Below, one piece after another: positions 1-9,460 of a stretch of 64,000 nt of DNA. The position numbers were made by a program, and so were the translations under genes. Within the stretch, counting starts at the first letter, position 1; each line of letters begins with the position of its first letter. Source of the stretch: an uncultured Methanomicrobiales archaeon (lineage in GTDB: Archaea; Halobacteriota; Methanomicrobia; Methanomicrobiales; Methanospirillaceae); NCBI GenBank assembly GCA_963697895.1, contig OY969100.1:256001-320000 (forward strand). Direction: 5' to 3'. The notes beneath the pieces were generated by a model that was not told where the DNA came from, did no database searches, and saw only the letters and a program-made list of their open reading frames with translations.

Positions 1-90
1 AATTTCCGGTTCTCGTGTCCGGAGAGGATGGTCTCTCTTTTCGGCCAGCGTTTTCGATAAGTTATTTTATGCCCGGGTATATTTCCCTGT

Positions 91-1359
91 ATGAGATATC
101 TCGTTCCCATCGCTCTTTTTCTCATTGCAGCCGTTCTCCTCGGTGGATGTACCGGTTCTCCCCCGGAGGGGACCAGCAGTCCTCAGGCCGCCGGGGAGGT
201 CCGGGTCGATGCCCTCCTCGCCCTTCACGGGGTCGGATCCTCGCTCGGCGAATCGTCGCAGGCCGCCCTGCTCACGGCGGAGGACGACATCAACCAGTAC
301 TACCGGGAGATCGGCTCCCCTACCCGCGTGCGGGTCGTCATCCACGATACCGGATCAGATCCCGCGACCGCGCTTGCATTGGCAGAACAGGTCCGGGCCA
401 GCGGCGGGAGGTTCGTGATCGGGTATCTGTCGAGCGCAGAGTCCTCGGCGATCAAAAACTATACCGATGCGAACGGGATGATCGCCATTTCATCCGGCAG
501 CACCGCCCCCGCCCTCGCGATCCCGGACGATTCCCTCTACCGGATGATCTCCGACGACTCGGCGCAGGGAGAATTCATGGCGGTTTACCTGGACACGGAA
601 CATATCCGGGCGATCGTTCCCCTCTGGCGGGGTGATATCTATGGGGACAACCTCACGAACCTGACCCTGGCTGCCTTCTCAGGCCGGGGCGGAGTCGCCC
701 GCGACGGTGTCCGGTACGATCCCGGGACGACGGACTTCAATGCGACCGTCGCATCCCTCGACCTGCTCGTCGGGGAAGCGATAGACGCCTACGGTGCCGG
801 CTCGGTCGGGGTCTATGCCGTGACCTTCAACGAGATCGCGGATATCATGAACGCATCGGCAGAGAAGGCCAACCTCTCCCGGGTCCGGTGGTTCGGGAGC
901 GACGGGAACACCCTGGACCCTTCGCTCACCGGCACGACGCCTGCCGCGCTGTTTGCCGCACGGGTAAACATGACCGGCTCGATCTGGGGCATACCCATCG
1001 AGTACCGGAACAGCGGTCAGGTTTTCCGGATAACGGAACGGCTGGGGCGCGAACCTGACGGCAGTGCGATCGCGCTCTACGATACCCTCTGGGTGGTGAT
1101 GGAGGTGCTGGAGGAGACGCCGGCGGAAGCGAACCAGACCGAGCTCGCCCGTGCCCTGGTCCACCACCTGGACACGTACAACGGTGCCAGTTCAGATCTC
1201 ACCCCCAATGCCGCAGGGGACCGGATCCTCGCGTCGTACGATTTCCTGCGGGTGGTTGACGGACCGTCGGGTTCCCGGTGGGAGAAGATCACCCAGGTCA
1301 GGAAGGGGCCGTTCGATTCCACGGCAGTGATCATCACCTATCCCTTGTACTGGTTATGA
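91..1359 (+). CDS. Lipoprotein, type I periplasmic-binding fold (branched-chain amino acid ABC substrate-binding family)
   Basis: Signal peptide with lipobox LLGGC; motifs IHDTGSDP, VIGYLSS, ISSGSTAPAL, YRMISDD; no permease genes adjacent in the window. Confidence 0.8.
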   Translation: MRYLVPIALFLIAAVLLGGCTGSPPEGTSSPQAAGEVRVDALLALHGVGSSLGESSQAALLTAEDDINQYYREIGSPTRVRVVIHDTGSDPATALALAEQVRASGGRFVIGYLSSAESSAIKNYTDANGMIAISSGSTAPALAIPDDSLYRMISDDSAQGEFMAVYLDTEHIRAIVPLWRGDIYGDNLTNLTLAAFSGRGGVARDGVRYDPGTTDFNATVASLDLLVGEAIDAYGAGSVGVYAVTFNEIADIMNASAEKANLSRVRWFGSDGNTLDPSLTGTTPAALFAARVNMTGSIWGIPIEYRNSGQVFRITERLGREPDGSAIALYDTLWVVMEVLEETPAEANQTELARALVHHLDTYNGASSDLTPNAAGDRILASYDFLRVVDGPSGSRWEKITQVRKGPFDSTAVIITYPLYWL

Positions 1360-1411
1360 TATTGACCGGATCGCCGGCCGTTCGATTCCACGGAGTGATC
1401 CTCACCTATCC
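1307..1411. repeat. Direct duplication of the gene 3' end (about 36 bp, 69 bp apart)
   Basis: ggccgttcgattccacggcagtgatcatcacctatcc at 1307 recurs as ggccgttcgattccacggagtgatcctcacctatcc at 1376, past the stop codon. Confidence 0.9.
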
Positions 1412-1584
1412 GCAGCCCGCATGAGGGAGTGGCCGGAAACACCGGCCGGGGTTATTTTTTCAATTCCGGGGGTGTATCGGATGAGGAGGAGTCCAGCGGC
1501 CGAACCCCAAATCTATATATGTAAGATGCTCCTTCAAGTGACCTGCCGATACATTCGGAAAGAAACAGGCAGAGGTGATGACAC

Positions 1585-1818
1585 ATGTGGGGAAGACATG
1601 AAGAAGGCATGCATGCCATGGGCATGCACGGGACCGGGATGGAACACCAGCCGGATATTCTCTGGACGATGTGGGAGAAGCTCGATGACAAGACAAAGAA
1701 GATGCTCCTCCTGCGCAAGCTGGACGAGAGGATCCTGATGAAGGAGTGTTGGATAAAACATATGCAACACCGGATCGAGACGTACAAGATGCTGAAACAA
1801 ACCATCGAAACGATGTAA
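1585..1818 (+). CDS. Small Met/His-rich hypothetical protein
   Basis: TATA-like tatatat near 1514, RBS-like gaggtga near 1572, T-rich tract after the stop; helical charged C-terminus. Confidence 0.7.
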   Translation: MWGRHEEGMHAMGMHGTGMEHQPDILWTMWEKLDDKTKKMLLLRKLDERILMKECWIKHMQHRIETYKMLKQTIETM

Positions 1819-2032
1819 GAAAATTCCTCTCTCTCTTTTTACCGGAACAGATCGGTAACGTTACTCTCCGGTTTGAGCCTGAGAAAACGGCAGGTTCTCC
1901 GCTATAAGGAGGCTTCTGTGCAGGTATCCGGAATCGTTGCGGATATTTGTAAATGACGGTTTATTCCTTTCATGAACCCGGAAAAGACCGGCGACGCAAG
2001 AGTTAACAGAGCCAAGACCAATACAGGAGGGT

Positions 2033-2605
2033 ATGGAATTTCACCAAAGCCAGACGGAGAAGAACCTCCTCGCGGCGTTCGCCGGCGAATCACAGGCGAG
2101 GACGCGGTACAGTTTCTTTGCCAGCGTCGCGAAGAAGGAAGGGTACGAGCAGATCTCGGGTATCTTCCAGGAGACCTCCGATAACGAGAAGGAACATGCA
2201 CAGCTCTTCTTCGCACTGCTCCAGGGAGGGATGGTCGAAATTACGGCGGGATACCCGGCCGGCAAGACCGGGTCAACCGCAGAAAACCTCCGGGCGGCTG
2301 CGGCCGGTGAGAAGCTTGAATGGGGCACACTCTATCCGGGCTTTGAAAAGATCGCGGAGGAAGAAGGGTTCGGGGATGCTGCCAGGACGTTTCACCAGGT
2401 GGGCCGGGTCGAGGCGTACCATGAACGGCGGTACCTGAAACTGCTCGCAAACGTCGAACAGGGCACGGTCTTCCGGAGGAACGCCCCTATCCACTGGAAA
2501 TGCAGGAACTGCGGGTTCGTTTGCGAAGCGAAAGAAGTGCCGGTGAAGTGCCCGGTGTGTTCTCATCCCCGGGACTACTTCGAGGCCTGGTGCGAGAATT
2601 ATTAA
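2033..2605 (+). CDS. rbr: Rubrerythrin
   Basis: AFAGESQA, ExxH di-iron motifs (NEKEHA, VEAYHE), C-terminal WKCRNCG..CPVC rubredoxin-like domain; ggagg RBS. Confidence 0.95.
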   Translation: MEFHQSQTEKNLLAAFAGESQARTRYSFFASVAKKEGYEQISGIFQETSDNEKEHAQLFFALLQGGMVEITAGYPAGKTGSTAENLRAAAAGEKLEWGTLYPGFEKIAEEEGFGDAARTFHQVGRVEAYHERRYLKLLANVEQGTVFRRNAPIHWKCRNCGFVCEAKEVPVKCPVCSHPRDYFEAWCENY

Positions 2606-3004
2606 CGTTCTTTTTTTATCTACGCTCGGATACCGCGTTCCGGTACAGGATTACTGACGGTCCCCTGGTGATCTCCCGGCCGGGAACCGGTCTTCAAGTT
2701 ACGGGAATCACTGATTTCTTTTTTAATGCATCGCTCGAGGGATACCTTCCCCAAATCTATGGAAGGAAAGTATTCACTTCCTTTGGCGGCTAACCCATCC
2801 ATTGAATGAACTGGCGTCCTGCGAAAAGGATTCCCGTATTTTTGATCTCCTTCGGGATACTCCCCAGATCTCGTAAAAGGACTATTTCCGTCCCTTTTTC
2901 GATTTACCAATCGGGTTACCCGACCAAACGGAGGATGCCCGGAATTATTGTCCTGTACCGGTAGTCCCAAAGCCGGCTCCGTCCGAAAAAAAAAAGAATG
3001 GGTT

Positions 3005-4250
3005 CTACTTGAAGATATCGAAGATCTGGTCGCTGCCGGTTGCGGAGAGCCGGTCCCGCTCGCTCTGCTCGTCGACGAGCGCGAGGACCGGGAGGTTCAT
3101 GTCGACGCCCGGCACGTACCCGAACATCTTCTCGAGTTCCTGACCTGCTGCGCATGCATGAAGAGGGCGTTCGGGATATCCATCGCACAGAGTCTCCTCG
3201 CACTGGCCGCAGTTCACGCAGGAGTCCGCGATATGGGCGAACCGGATCAGGTGGAACATGAAGTTCGGCGGGACCTCGCCCGGGGTGACGAGGTAGGGTT
3301 TCTTGGTGCTGCACTCGACGCAGTAGCAGATCGGGCAGTTCTCGATGCACTGGATAGCACTTGATGCACCGCGAGGTCTCCTTCACGATCGTCGTGAGCC
3401 GCTCCGTGCCTTTCCGAGTGCCCCGAAGTCCTTCGCCCGCCACTTGTCGCCGAGCTTGAGCATGGCGCCCTCGACCTTGCCCCGCATCTCGATGCCCTTC
3501 GGCCGGCGCCGGTTCGGTCGCGATCACGCCGGCCTTCACCGCAGCGGTAAGGAGGTTTGCACCCTTCTCGCTGCAGACCTCGACGAACGTGGCCTTCCCG
3601 GCCTTGTCGCCGATGACGCCCCAGTTCCCGCAGGCGAGGTCTGCCTGCCGCGGGACCTTCATCTTGCACCGGCGGCAGTTGGTCCGCCGGCCGTAGCCCT
3701 GCTCCTCGAGCTCGTCCATCGAGATGCCCTTGTGGCCGCCCTCGTACTCGATGATGAACTGGCCCTTGTCGATCTCCTCCTTGTGGACCGTGTCCGGGTC
3801 GACCCCGAACTTCTCCTTGATCATCTTCCGTGCCATGATCGGGCTGACCGAACCACCGCAGTTCACGCCGATCATGACGACGTTGTCCAGGTTGACCTGC
3901 TGCCGCTTCGCCAGCTCGTAGAGGCCCATCACATCGCAGCCCTTGACGGTGACCCCGATCTTCATCGTGTTCGACTCCGTCGAGGTACTTCTTGAGCGAG
4001 CTTCGACATGAGCAGCGTCCCGCAGTGGAGGGAACCGGCCGTCTTGGTCGAGGTCTTTCGGGTCGGTGATCAGGACCGGCACCGCGTCATAGAGGTCCTG
4101 CCCCTTCTTCACGGCAAGGACCGCATCGACGAATCTTGTTCTCGAGCGCGATACTTCCAGAGACCGGTGACGGCGCCACCGAGCTCTGCCTTCTCTGCGA
4201 TCTGCCTTGTCCGTGGTCCATGCGTAGAGCATGTCTCCCTTTGCTGCCAT
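3005..4250 (-). CDS. fdhB: F420-dependent formate dehydrogenase beta subunit (several apparent frameshifts)
   Basis: [11 protein letters not shown] start, [36 protein letters not shown] and [11 protein letters not shown], spread over three frames. Confidence 0.9.
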
Positions 4251-6330
4251 TTACTTCGCCTCCGCGATCTTCTCTATCCTGTACCGCACAGGCCTTGAAC
4301 TCCGGGATCTTGGCGATCGGGTCGAGTGCATTGTTCGTCAGCATGTTTGCCGCACATTCCTTGTAGTGGAACGGCATGAACATGACCCCTTTCATGATAT
4401 CCTCCGTGACCCGTGCCGGCACCTTGACCTCTCCCCGGCGGGTGATCGCCCTGACCATCTCCTTGTTCTGGATACCGAGTGCCTTTGCGTCCTCGGGGTT
4501 GATCTCGATCCATCCGGTCGGCTCCTCCGCCTCGAGGTCCTCGGACCGCCGGGTCATCGTCCCGGTGTGCCACTGCCAGATGCAGCGGCCGGTGGTCAGG
4601 ATGAACGGGTATTCCGCATCCGGGACCTCTGCCGGCGGTTTCCACTCGAGCGCGTGGAAGACCCCGATCCCGTCCGGGTGAGAGAACTTCCCGATATGGA
4701 GGATCGGGCGTTCCCGGGTGTTCGGCGGTCGGGCAGGGCCAGTGGAGGGCTTCGGGCCGGTTCAGCCGCGCGTAGTTCATCCCGCCGTAGGACGGGGTGA
4801 GCTTCGACATCTCGGTGAAGATCTCCTCGGCACTCTTCCAGGGGAACTGCTTTGCGTACCCCATCTTCGCGGCGAAGTATCGGCGAGGATCTGCCAGTCG
4901 AGTTTCGCCTCGCCCGGTGGGTCCTGTGCCTTTCGCCACATCTGGACACGCCGCTCGGTGCTCGTCTGGGTGCCGTCCTTCTCTGCGTAGCAGCAGCCGG
5001 GGAGGACCACATCGGCGAGCTCCGCCGTCTCGGTCAGGAAGATATCCTGGACGACGAGGAACTCGAGGTTCTTGAAGGCCTTCTCCACGTGGTGGAGGTC
5101 CGGGTCGGAGATCATCGGGTTCTCGCCCATGATGTAGAGCGCCTTTAGCTCGCCGGGCTTGTCGACGAGGACATCCATCATCGTGGTGACCTCGTACCCG
5201 TTCTTCGGCTCGCAGATCCCGTCCGGGAAGCCCCAGGCATCGGCGAACTTCTTGTGGGCCGCCTCGTCGATCACCTTCTGGTACCCGGTGAAGACGACGG
5301 GCAGCGCCCCCATGTCGCAGGCGCCCTGCACGTTGTTCTGGCCACGGAGCGCGTTCACGCCGGCGCCGGGCTTGCCGAGGTTGCCGGTCAGCATCTGGAG
5401 GTTTGCCGTCGATTTGACGTTGTCGACACCGGTGGTGTGCTGGGTGATACCCATCGAATAACAGATACATGCGGATTCTGCCTTTGCAAACCACTCGGCG
5501 GCCGTCTTCAAAGAGGCAACGGGTATTCCCGAGATCTTCGAGACGTTCTCGAGGCTGTAGGTATCGCTTCATCACGACTTCCTTCAGCTTCTCGAAGTCC
5601 TTGGTCCGGGTCTTGATGAACTCCTTGTCTTCCCAGCCGTTCCTGATGATCTCCTGCATCATCCCGTTCAGGATCGCGACATCCGAGCCGGAGACGGAAC
5701 GGCATATAGAGGTCGGCCTGCTTCGCGGTCGGGGTAAACCGCGGGTCGGCAACAATGAGCTTTCGCACCGTTTGCCTTCGCCTGCATGATCCTGCGTCCG
5801 ATCAGCGGGTGCTGCTCGAAGGTGTTGGACCCGAGGACGAACACACACTTCGACTGGGCGATATCCCCGATCGAGTTGGTCATCGCACCGGAACCGAACG
5901 ATGCGGCGAGCCCGGCGACCGTCGACGCATGGCAGAGCCGTGCGCAGTGGTCGATGTGCCGGGTCTTCAGACGTCCCGCGGGCGAACTTCATCATCGCGT
6001 AGTTCTCTTCGTTCGAGACACGGGCCGATGAGAGACATGCCATCTCGTCCGGCTTGTACGACTTGAACTTCTTTGCGATCAGGTCATATGCCTCGTCCCA
6101 GCTCGCCTCGACAAACTTGCCGTCCTTCTTGATGAGCGGCTTTGTCAGGCGGTCCGGGCTGTTCACGAACTCGTGGGCGTAGGTGCCCTTCGGGCAGACC
6201 TTACCTTCGTTGACCGGGGAGCGCTGGTACGGCTGCTACCCCCACTACCTTGCCGTCCTTTCACCACGAGGTTGAATGTGCATCCGGTCCCGCAGTAGGG
6301 ACAGGTTGTCTGTACATACTTCATGTCCAT
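4251..6330 (-). CDS. fdhA: Formate dehydrogenase alpha subunit, Cys-type (many apparent frameshifts)
   Basis: [32 protein letters not shown] (TGC, so Cys not Sec), [41 protein letters not shown]; stop TAA at 4251 abuts the fdhB ATG. Confidence 0.92.
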
Positions 6331-6527
6331 ATTCAATCCTCTTACACTCAGATCTCTCCCGGTAACCATATTTAACAGTAATGTTTAACTCCGGAGAAAT
6401 TGATGAATATCTGTGGGTATGCATCCCTGAAAGGAAGAGAGACACCCGTCAAAATAAATAAAATGAAGCGAGCAATGGAAAATAACCCTGATCTATCGGA
6501 AAATTCTGCCATGGCCGGGGTGCGCCG

Positions 6528-7023
6528 GTGAAGAAGGTACACGTTCCTCCCATGCTCGCGGCACTCGTGCAGAACGGAGTCATGGCAGTCGAAGGAAAAC
6601 ATTTTTCGGGGGTGGTCCCCTGCCCGTCCTGCGGGGGTGAAGTCTCCGGGTATGATGAACGGGAACGGCGGTTCGCGACGATCATCGACGGGGACACGAC
6701 CCGGGAGGTGACCGTGACCGTGACCCGGTTCCAATGCCGGCAGTGCGGGGAGATCTGCAGTGCCCGGGCACCCTTCTATCCTGACACCCGGCTCGGGTCC
6801 CCGATCGTCGACCTCTGCGTCACCGGTGCGAAGGAACTCCCCTGCAACCAGGTAGCGGGGATATTGCGGGAGTTCGGTCTTGTGGTCGACCGGGGTACCG
6901 TGAGGAACTATGCCGGCCGCGATTTCGGCACCATTCCCGTGACCGAGCCTCTTCGGCCTCCGGATCCCGCAGTCGGTCCTTTCCCTCTCGATGTATGCGG
7001 TCAGGACAGATGGGCTGTCATAA
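6528..7023 (+). CDS. Hypothetical Zn-ribbon plus HTH protein, divergent from fdhA (one apparent +1 indel near 6948)
   Basis: CPSCGG...RFQCRQCG, then NQVAGILREFGLVVDRGTVRNY (HTH-like); removing one base gives LFGLRIPQSVLSLS...TAA at 7021-7023. Confidence 0.7.
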
Positions 7024-7300
7024 CTTCGCATCGGATGCGGGATATCCAAACGCCATCATAGTTCGGACCGTATGCCGGATATGTAAAAAATCATCATAAC
7101 TTCGGACCGGATGCGGGATATCCAAACGGCCATCATAGATTCGGACCGTATGCCGGACATCCAAACGGCCATCATAGATTCGGACCGGATGCCGGATATG
7201 TAAAAAATCATCATAACTTCGGACCGGATGCGGGATATCCAAACGGCCATCATGGTTCTGACCGGATGCGGGATATCCAAAAGATCATCATGGATACCGG
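7012..7300. repeat. Tandem array, unit about 39 bp, about 7.5 copies
   Basis: Unit about ggccatcatagattcggaccggatgcgggatatccaaac; tcat anchors at 7018, 7056, 7094, 7133, 7172, 7211, 7250, 7288. Confidence 0.95.
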
Positions 7301-7314
7301 CTGAATGCCGGTCA

Positions 7315-7563
7315 TCATCCTTTCGCTTTCCCGTCATCCGCGGGAACAAGCGCACTTCCGTCATACGGACAGAATTTTTCCCGCCCGGTCGTCTCCCACC
7401 CGCAGACCGGGCAGCGTTTCACGACCCGCTCCTGTCTGATGAACGGGATCAGGGGGATGAATATGAACAGGAAGAAGAACGGGAGGCCGATGCTCCAGAG
7501 GATCGCCGTGATCAGGAGGGAGACCCCGAGGAGGATGACGGCGAGCTGCCAGGTCTTCAGCAT
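7315..7563 (-). CDS. Small membrane protein with C-terminal Zn-ribbon
   Basis: Two hydrophobic segments then CPVCG...FCPYDG; start overlaps the mfnF stop. Confidence 0.75.
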   Translation of the reverse strand: MLKTWQLAVILLGVSLLITAILWSIGLPFFFLFIFIPLIPFIRQERVVKRCPVCGWETTGREKFCPYDGSALVPADDGKAKG

Positions 7564-8495
7564 ACTTCCTGCCGTATGGCCACCTCACGGACGGCATACG
7601 CGGGGAGTGCACCGGCGGCCGGTCCCAGGGACCGGGTGAGGTCTCTTCCCCCGAGTTCCCGCGAGAAGAGTTCCGCACCGATCCCGGCCGTGATGATACG
7701 ATCCCCCGCACCGGATTCCCGGACGACCCGTGCCACCGCGTCCGTTATCTGCTGCCGCTGCGCTTCCCAGAACGTGGTGGCGATGCCGACCGCACCCGCC
7801 TCCCCGATCTCATCGATATCGGCGCAGACCACCCGGGCGAGCCGGCGGAGACAGGCGTTACGCTCTTTCCCGCCGTGATCGGGGGCATCCACCGCGTACT
7901 CCTTTTCCGTGATATGCCCGAGCACGAGGTGGGCATCCCCGCTGCAGGCAAAGTACTCGGTGCTGACCGGCGTTGCGACCCCGGAGAGCGGGACCTCGCG
8001 GAGGAGCGCCGGAAGACTCGTCCGGAGCATCCCGGTATAGACGAGATACCCCTTCTGCAACCGGCGGGTATCGGTGAGGCCGGGAAGGTCGGGGAATGTC
8101 CCGAGGGGAATGATGTCGGTCGTCGTGCTCCCGATATCCACGAGCACGGAATCCGGGTAATTTACCCGGAGATAATCGGCGGAAGCGAGCCAGTTGGCGG
8201 CGGCGAGCACCCGTCCCGGGCGGTCATGGAACCGGCCGTCGATCCCGTAAAAGCGGGCGGCCGGAAATACCTCCCTCACCGCGTCGACGATGAACGCGAC
8301 CCCTTCTTCTTTTCCGGAGAAACAGTCGGCGAGTTCACCGCTCATAACGACTGCCGCCGCTTCGTCGCCATCTTTCCGGTACACCCGGAGGATCTCACCG
8401 AGCGGTGCGCCTTCCCAGAGGGGGCAGTAGTGAATATGGACACCGGTCTGGTCGACGACCTTCAGGTTTGCCCCGCCAACGTCGATCCCTATCAT
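7557..8495 (-). CDS. mfnF: Methanofuran biosynthesis protein MfnF (hydantoinase/oxoprolinase-like)
   Basis: IGIDVGGANLK, MSGELADCF, AAANW, DIGSTTTDIIP, LVYTGMLRT; coupled to the ATP-grasp gene. Confidence 0.85.
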   Translation of the reverse strand: MIGIDVGGANLKVVDQTGVHIHYCPLWEGAPLGEILRVYRKDGDEAAAVVMSGELADCFSGKEEGVAFIVDAVREVFPAARFYGIDGRFHDRPGRVLAAANWLASADYLRVNYPDSVLVDIGSTTTDIIPLGTFPDLPGLTDTRRLQKGYLVYTGMLRTSLPALLREVPLSGVATPVSTEYFACSGDAHLVLGHITEKEYAVDAPDHGGKERNACLRRLARVVCADIDEIGEAGAVGIATTFWEAQRQQITDAVARVVRESGAGDRIITAGIGAELFSRELGGRDLTRSLGPAAGALPAYAVREVAIRQEVC

Positions 8496-9379
8496 GCCGC
8501 CCCCAGCCTCCCGCTACTATCGAACGTAACAGGCCCGTGGAGGTGTACCGGGTCCTGGTGTTCCCCCCGGGACGCCCGCACGAGGAGATTGGCAATCTCC
8601 TCCTCCATGCAGGCCGCAATGCCGACGATGCTCGTCGTGATCCGCGGGTTGACGTCCACGACGTACACCCGGTCGGCGACGACCAGGTCGATCCCGGCAT
8701 ATCCCTGGCAACCGAGCACCTGCACCGACCGGACCGCCGTCTCGAAGATCTCCTCCCTTCGCGGGTGGTCCACCGGCGTTTCCCCCCCACGGTAATGGAA
8801 GAACCCCCCGGGATCTACCTCGATATGCTGGCGGTTCAGGGCGAGGACGAGCGGCGGTTCACCGGTATAGTAGAGGCAGGCATTCCCGACGACCCGGCTT
8901 CCGATCAGGCTCACGGAGAGGTGCTCCCCGTCGATGTACCGGGTTTGGAACTCTCCGGGCCCGGGAGGATCGTCCCCGAGGCGCACCCCGACCGAACCGC
9001 AGCCCTGGACCGGCTTGATCACGCGGGGTCCCGTCGCCGCCTCCTCCGGCACCGGCACACCGTGAAGGGAGAGGATCCGCCCGGTCTGCCGTTTGTTGGC
9101 ACAGACCGCCGCATTCATGCTCCCGCAGCCGAGGTTATGGGTCAGCCGCTCGAGGATCGAGGTGGGACGGGCAAGGAGCTGATCGGGTGCGATGACGAGG
9201 CCAAAGTCGCATCCCGGTGCGAGACGGGCGATCTCCTCTGAAAACTCCCCCTCTCCGGGAGCGACGACATCGTACCCGCACCGCTCGAAACTGTCACGGA
9301 GGACCCGGAGCATCGCCGCTCCCTCCGGGGCGAGCGCCGGATCGCGGCCGGATGCATACTCGGCCAGGAGCACCCTCAT
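8492..9379 (-). CDS. mfnD: ATP-grasp ligase, tyramine--L-glutamate ligase MfnD-like
   Basis: EGAAML, LVIAPD, VIKPVQGCGS, GYAGIDLVV, VVDVNPRITTS; adjacent to mfnF. Confidence 0.8.
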   Translation of the reverse strand: MRVLLAEYASGRDPALAPEGAAMLRVLRDSFERCGYDVVAPGEGEFSEEIARLAPGCDFGLVIAPDQLLARPTSILERLTHNLGCGSMNAAVCANKRQTGRILSLHGVPVPEEAATGPRVIKPVQGCGSVGVRLGDDPPGPGEFQTRYIDGEHLSVSLIGSRVVGNACLYYTGEPPLVLALNRQHIEVDPGGFFHYRGGETPVDHPRREEIFETAVRSVQVLGCQGYAGIDLVVADRVYVVDVNPRITTSIVGIAACMEEEIANLLVRASRGEHQDPVHLHGPVTFDSSGRLGAA

Positions 9380-9460
9380 GGATAAGTGGTGGGGGACAAA
9401 GCGAGATTAAGGCTGACGATCGGACAAGTATAACTTCTCCCTCCCCCCACCTCTCCCGTG

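Noticed and set aside
4251-6330. Selenocysteine or programmed frameshifting in fdhA
   Set aside because: The active-site codon is TGC (Cys). The frame breaks are numerous and I saw no consistent slippery motif.
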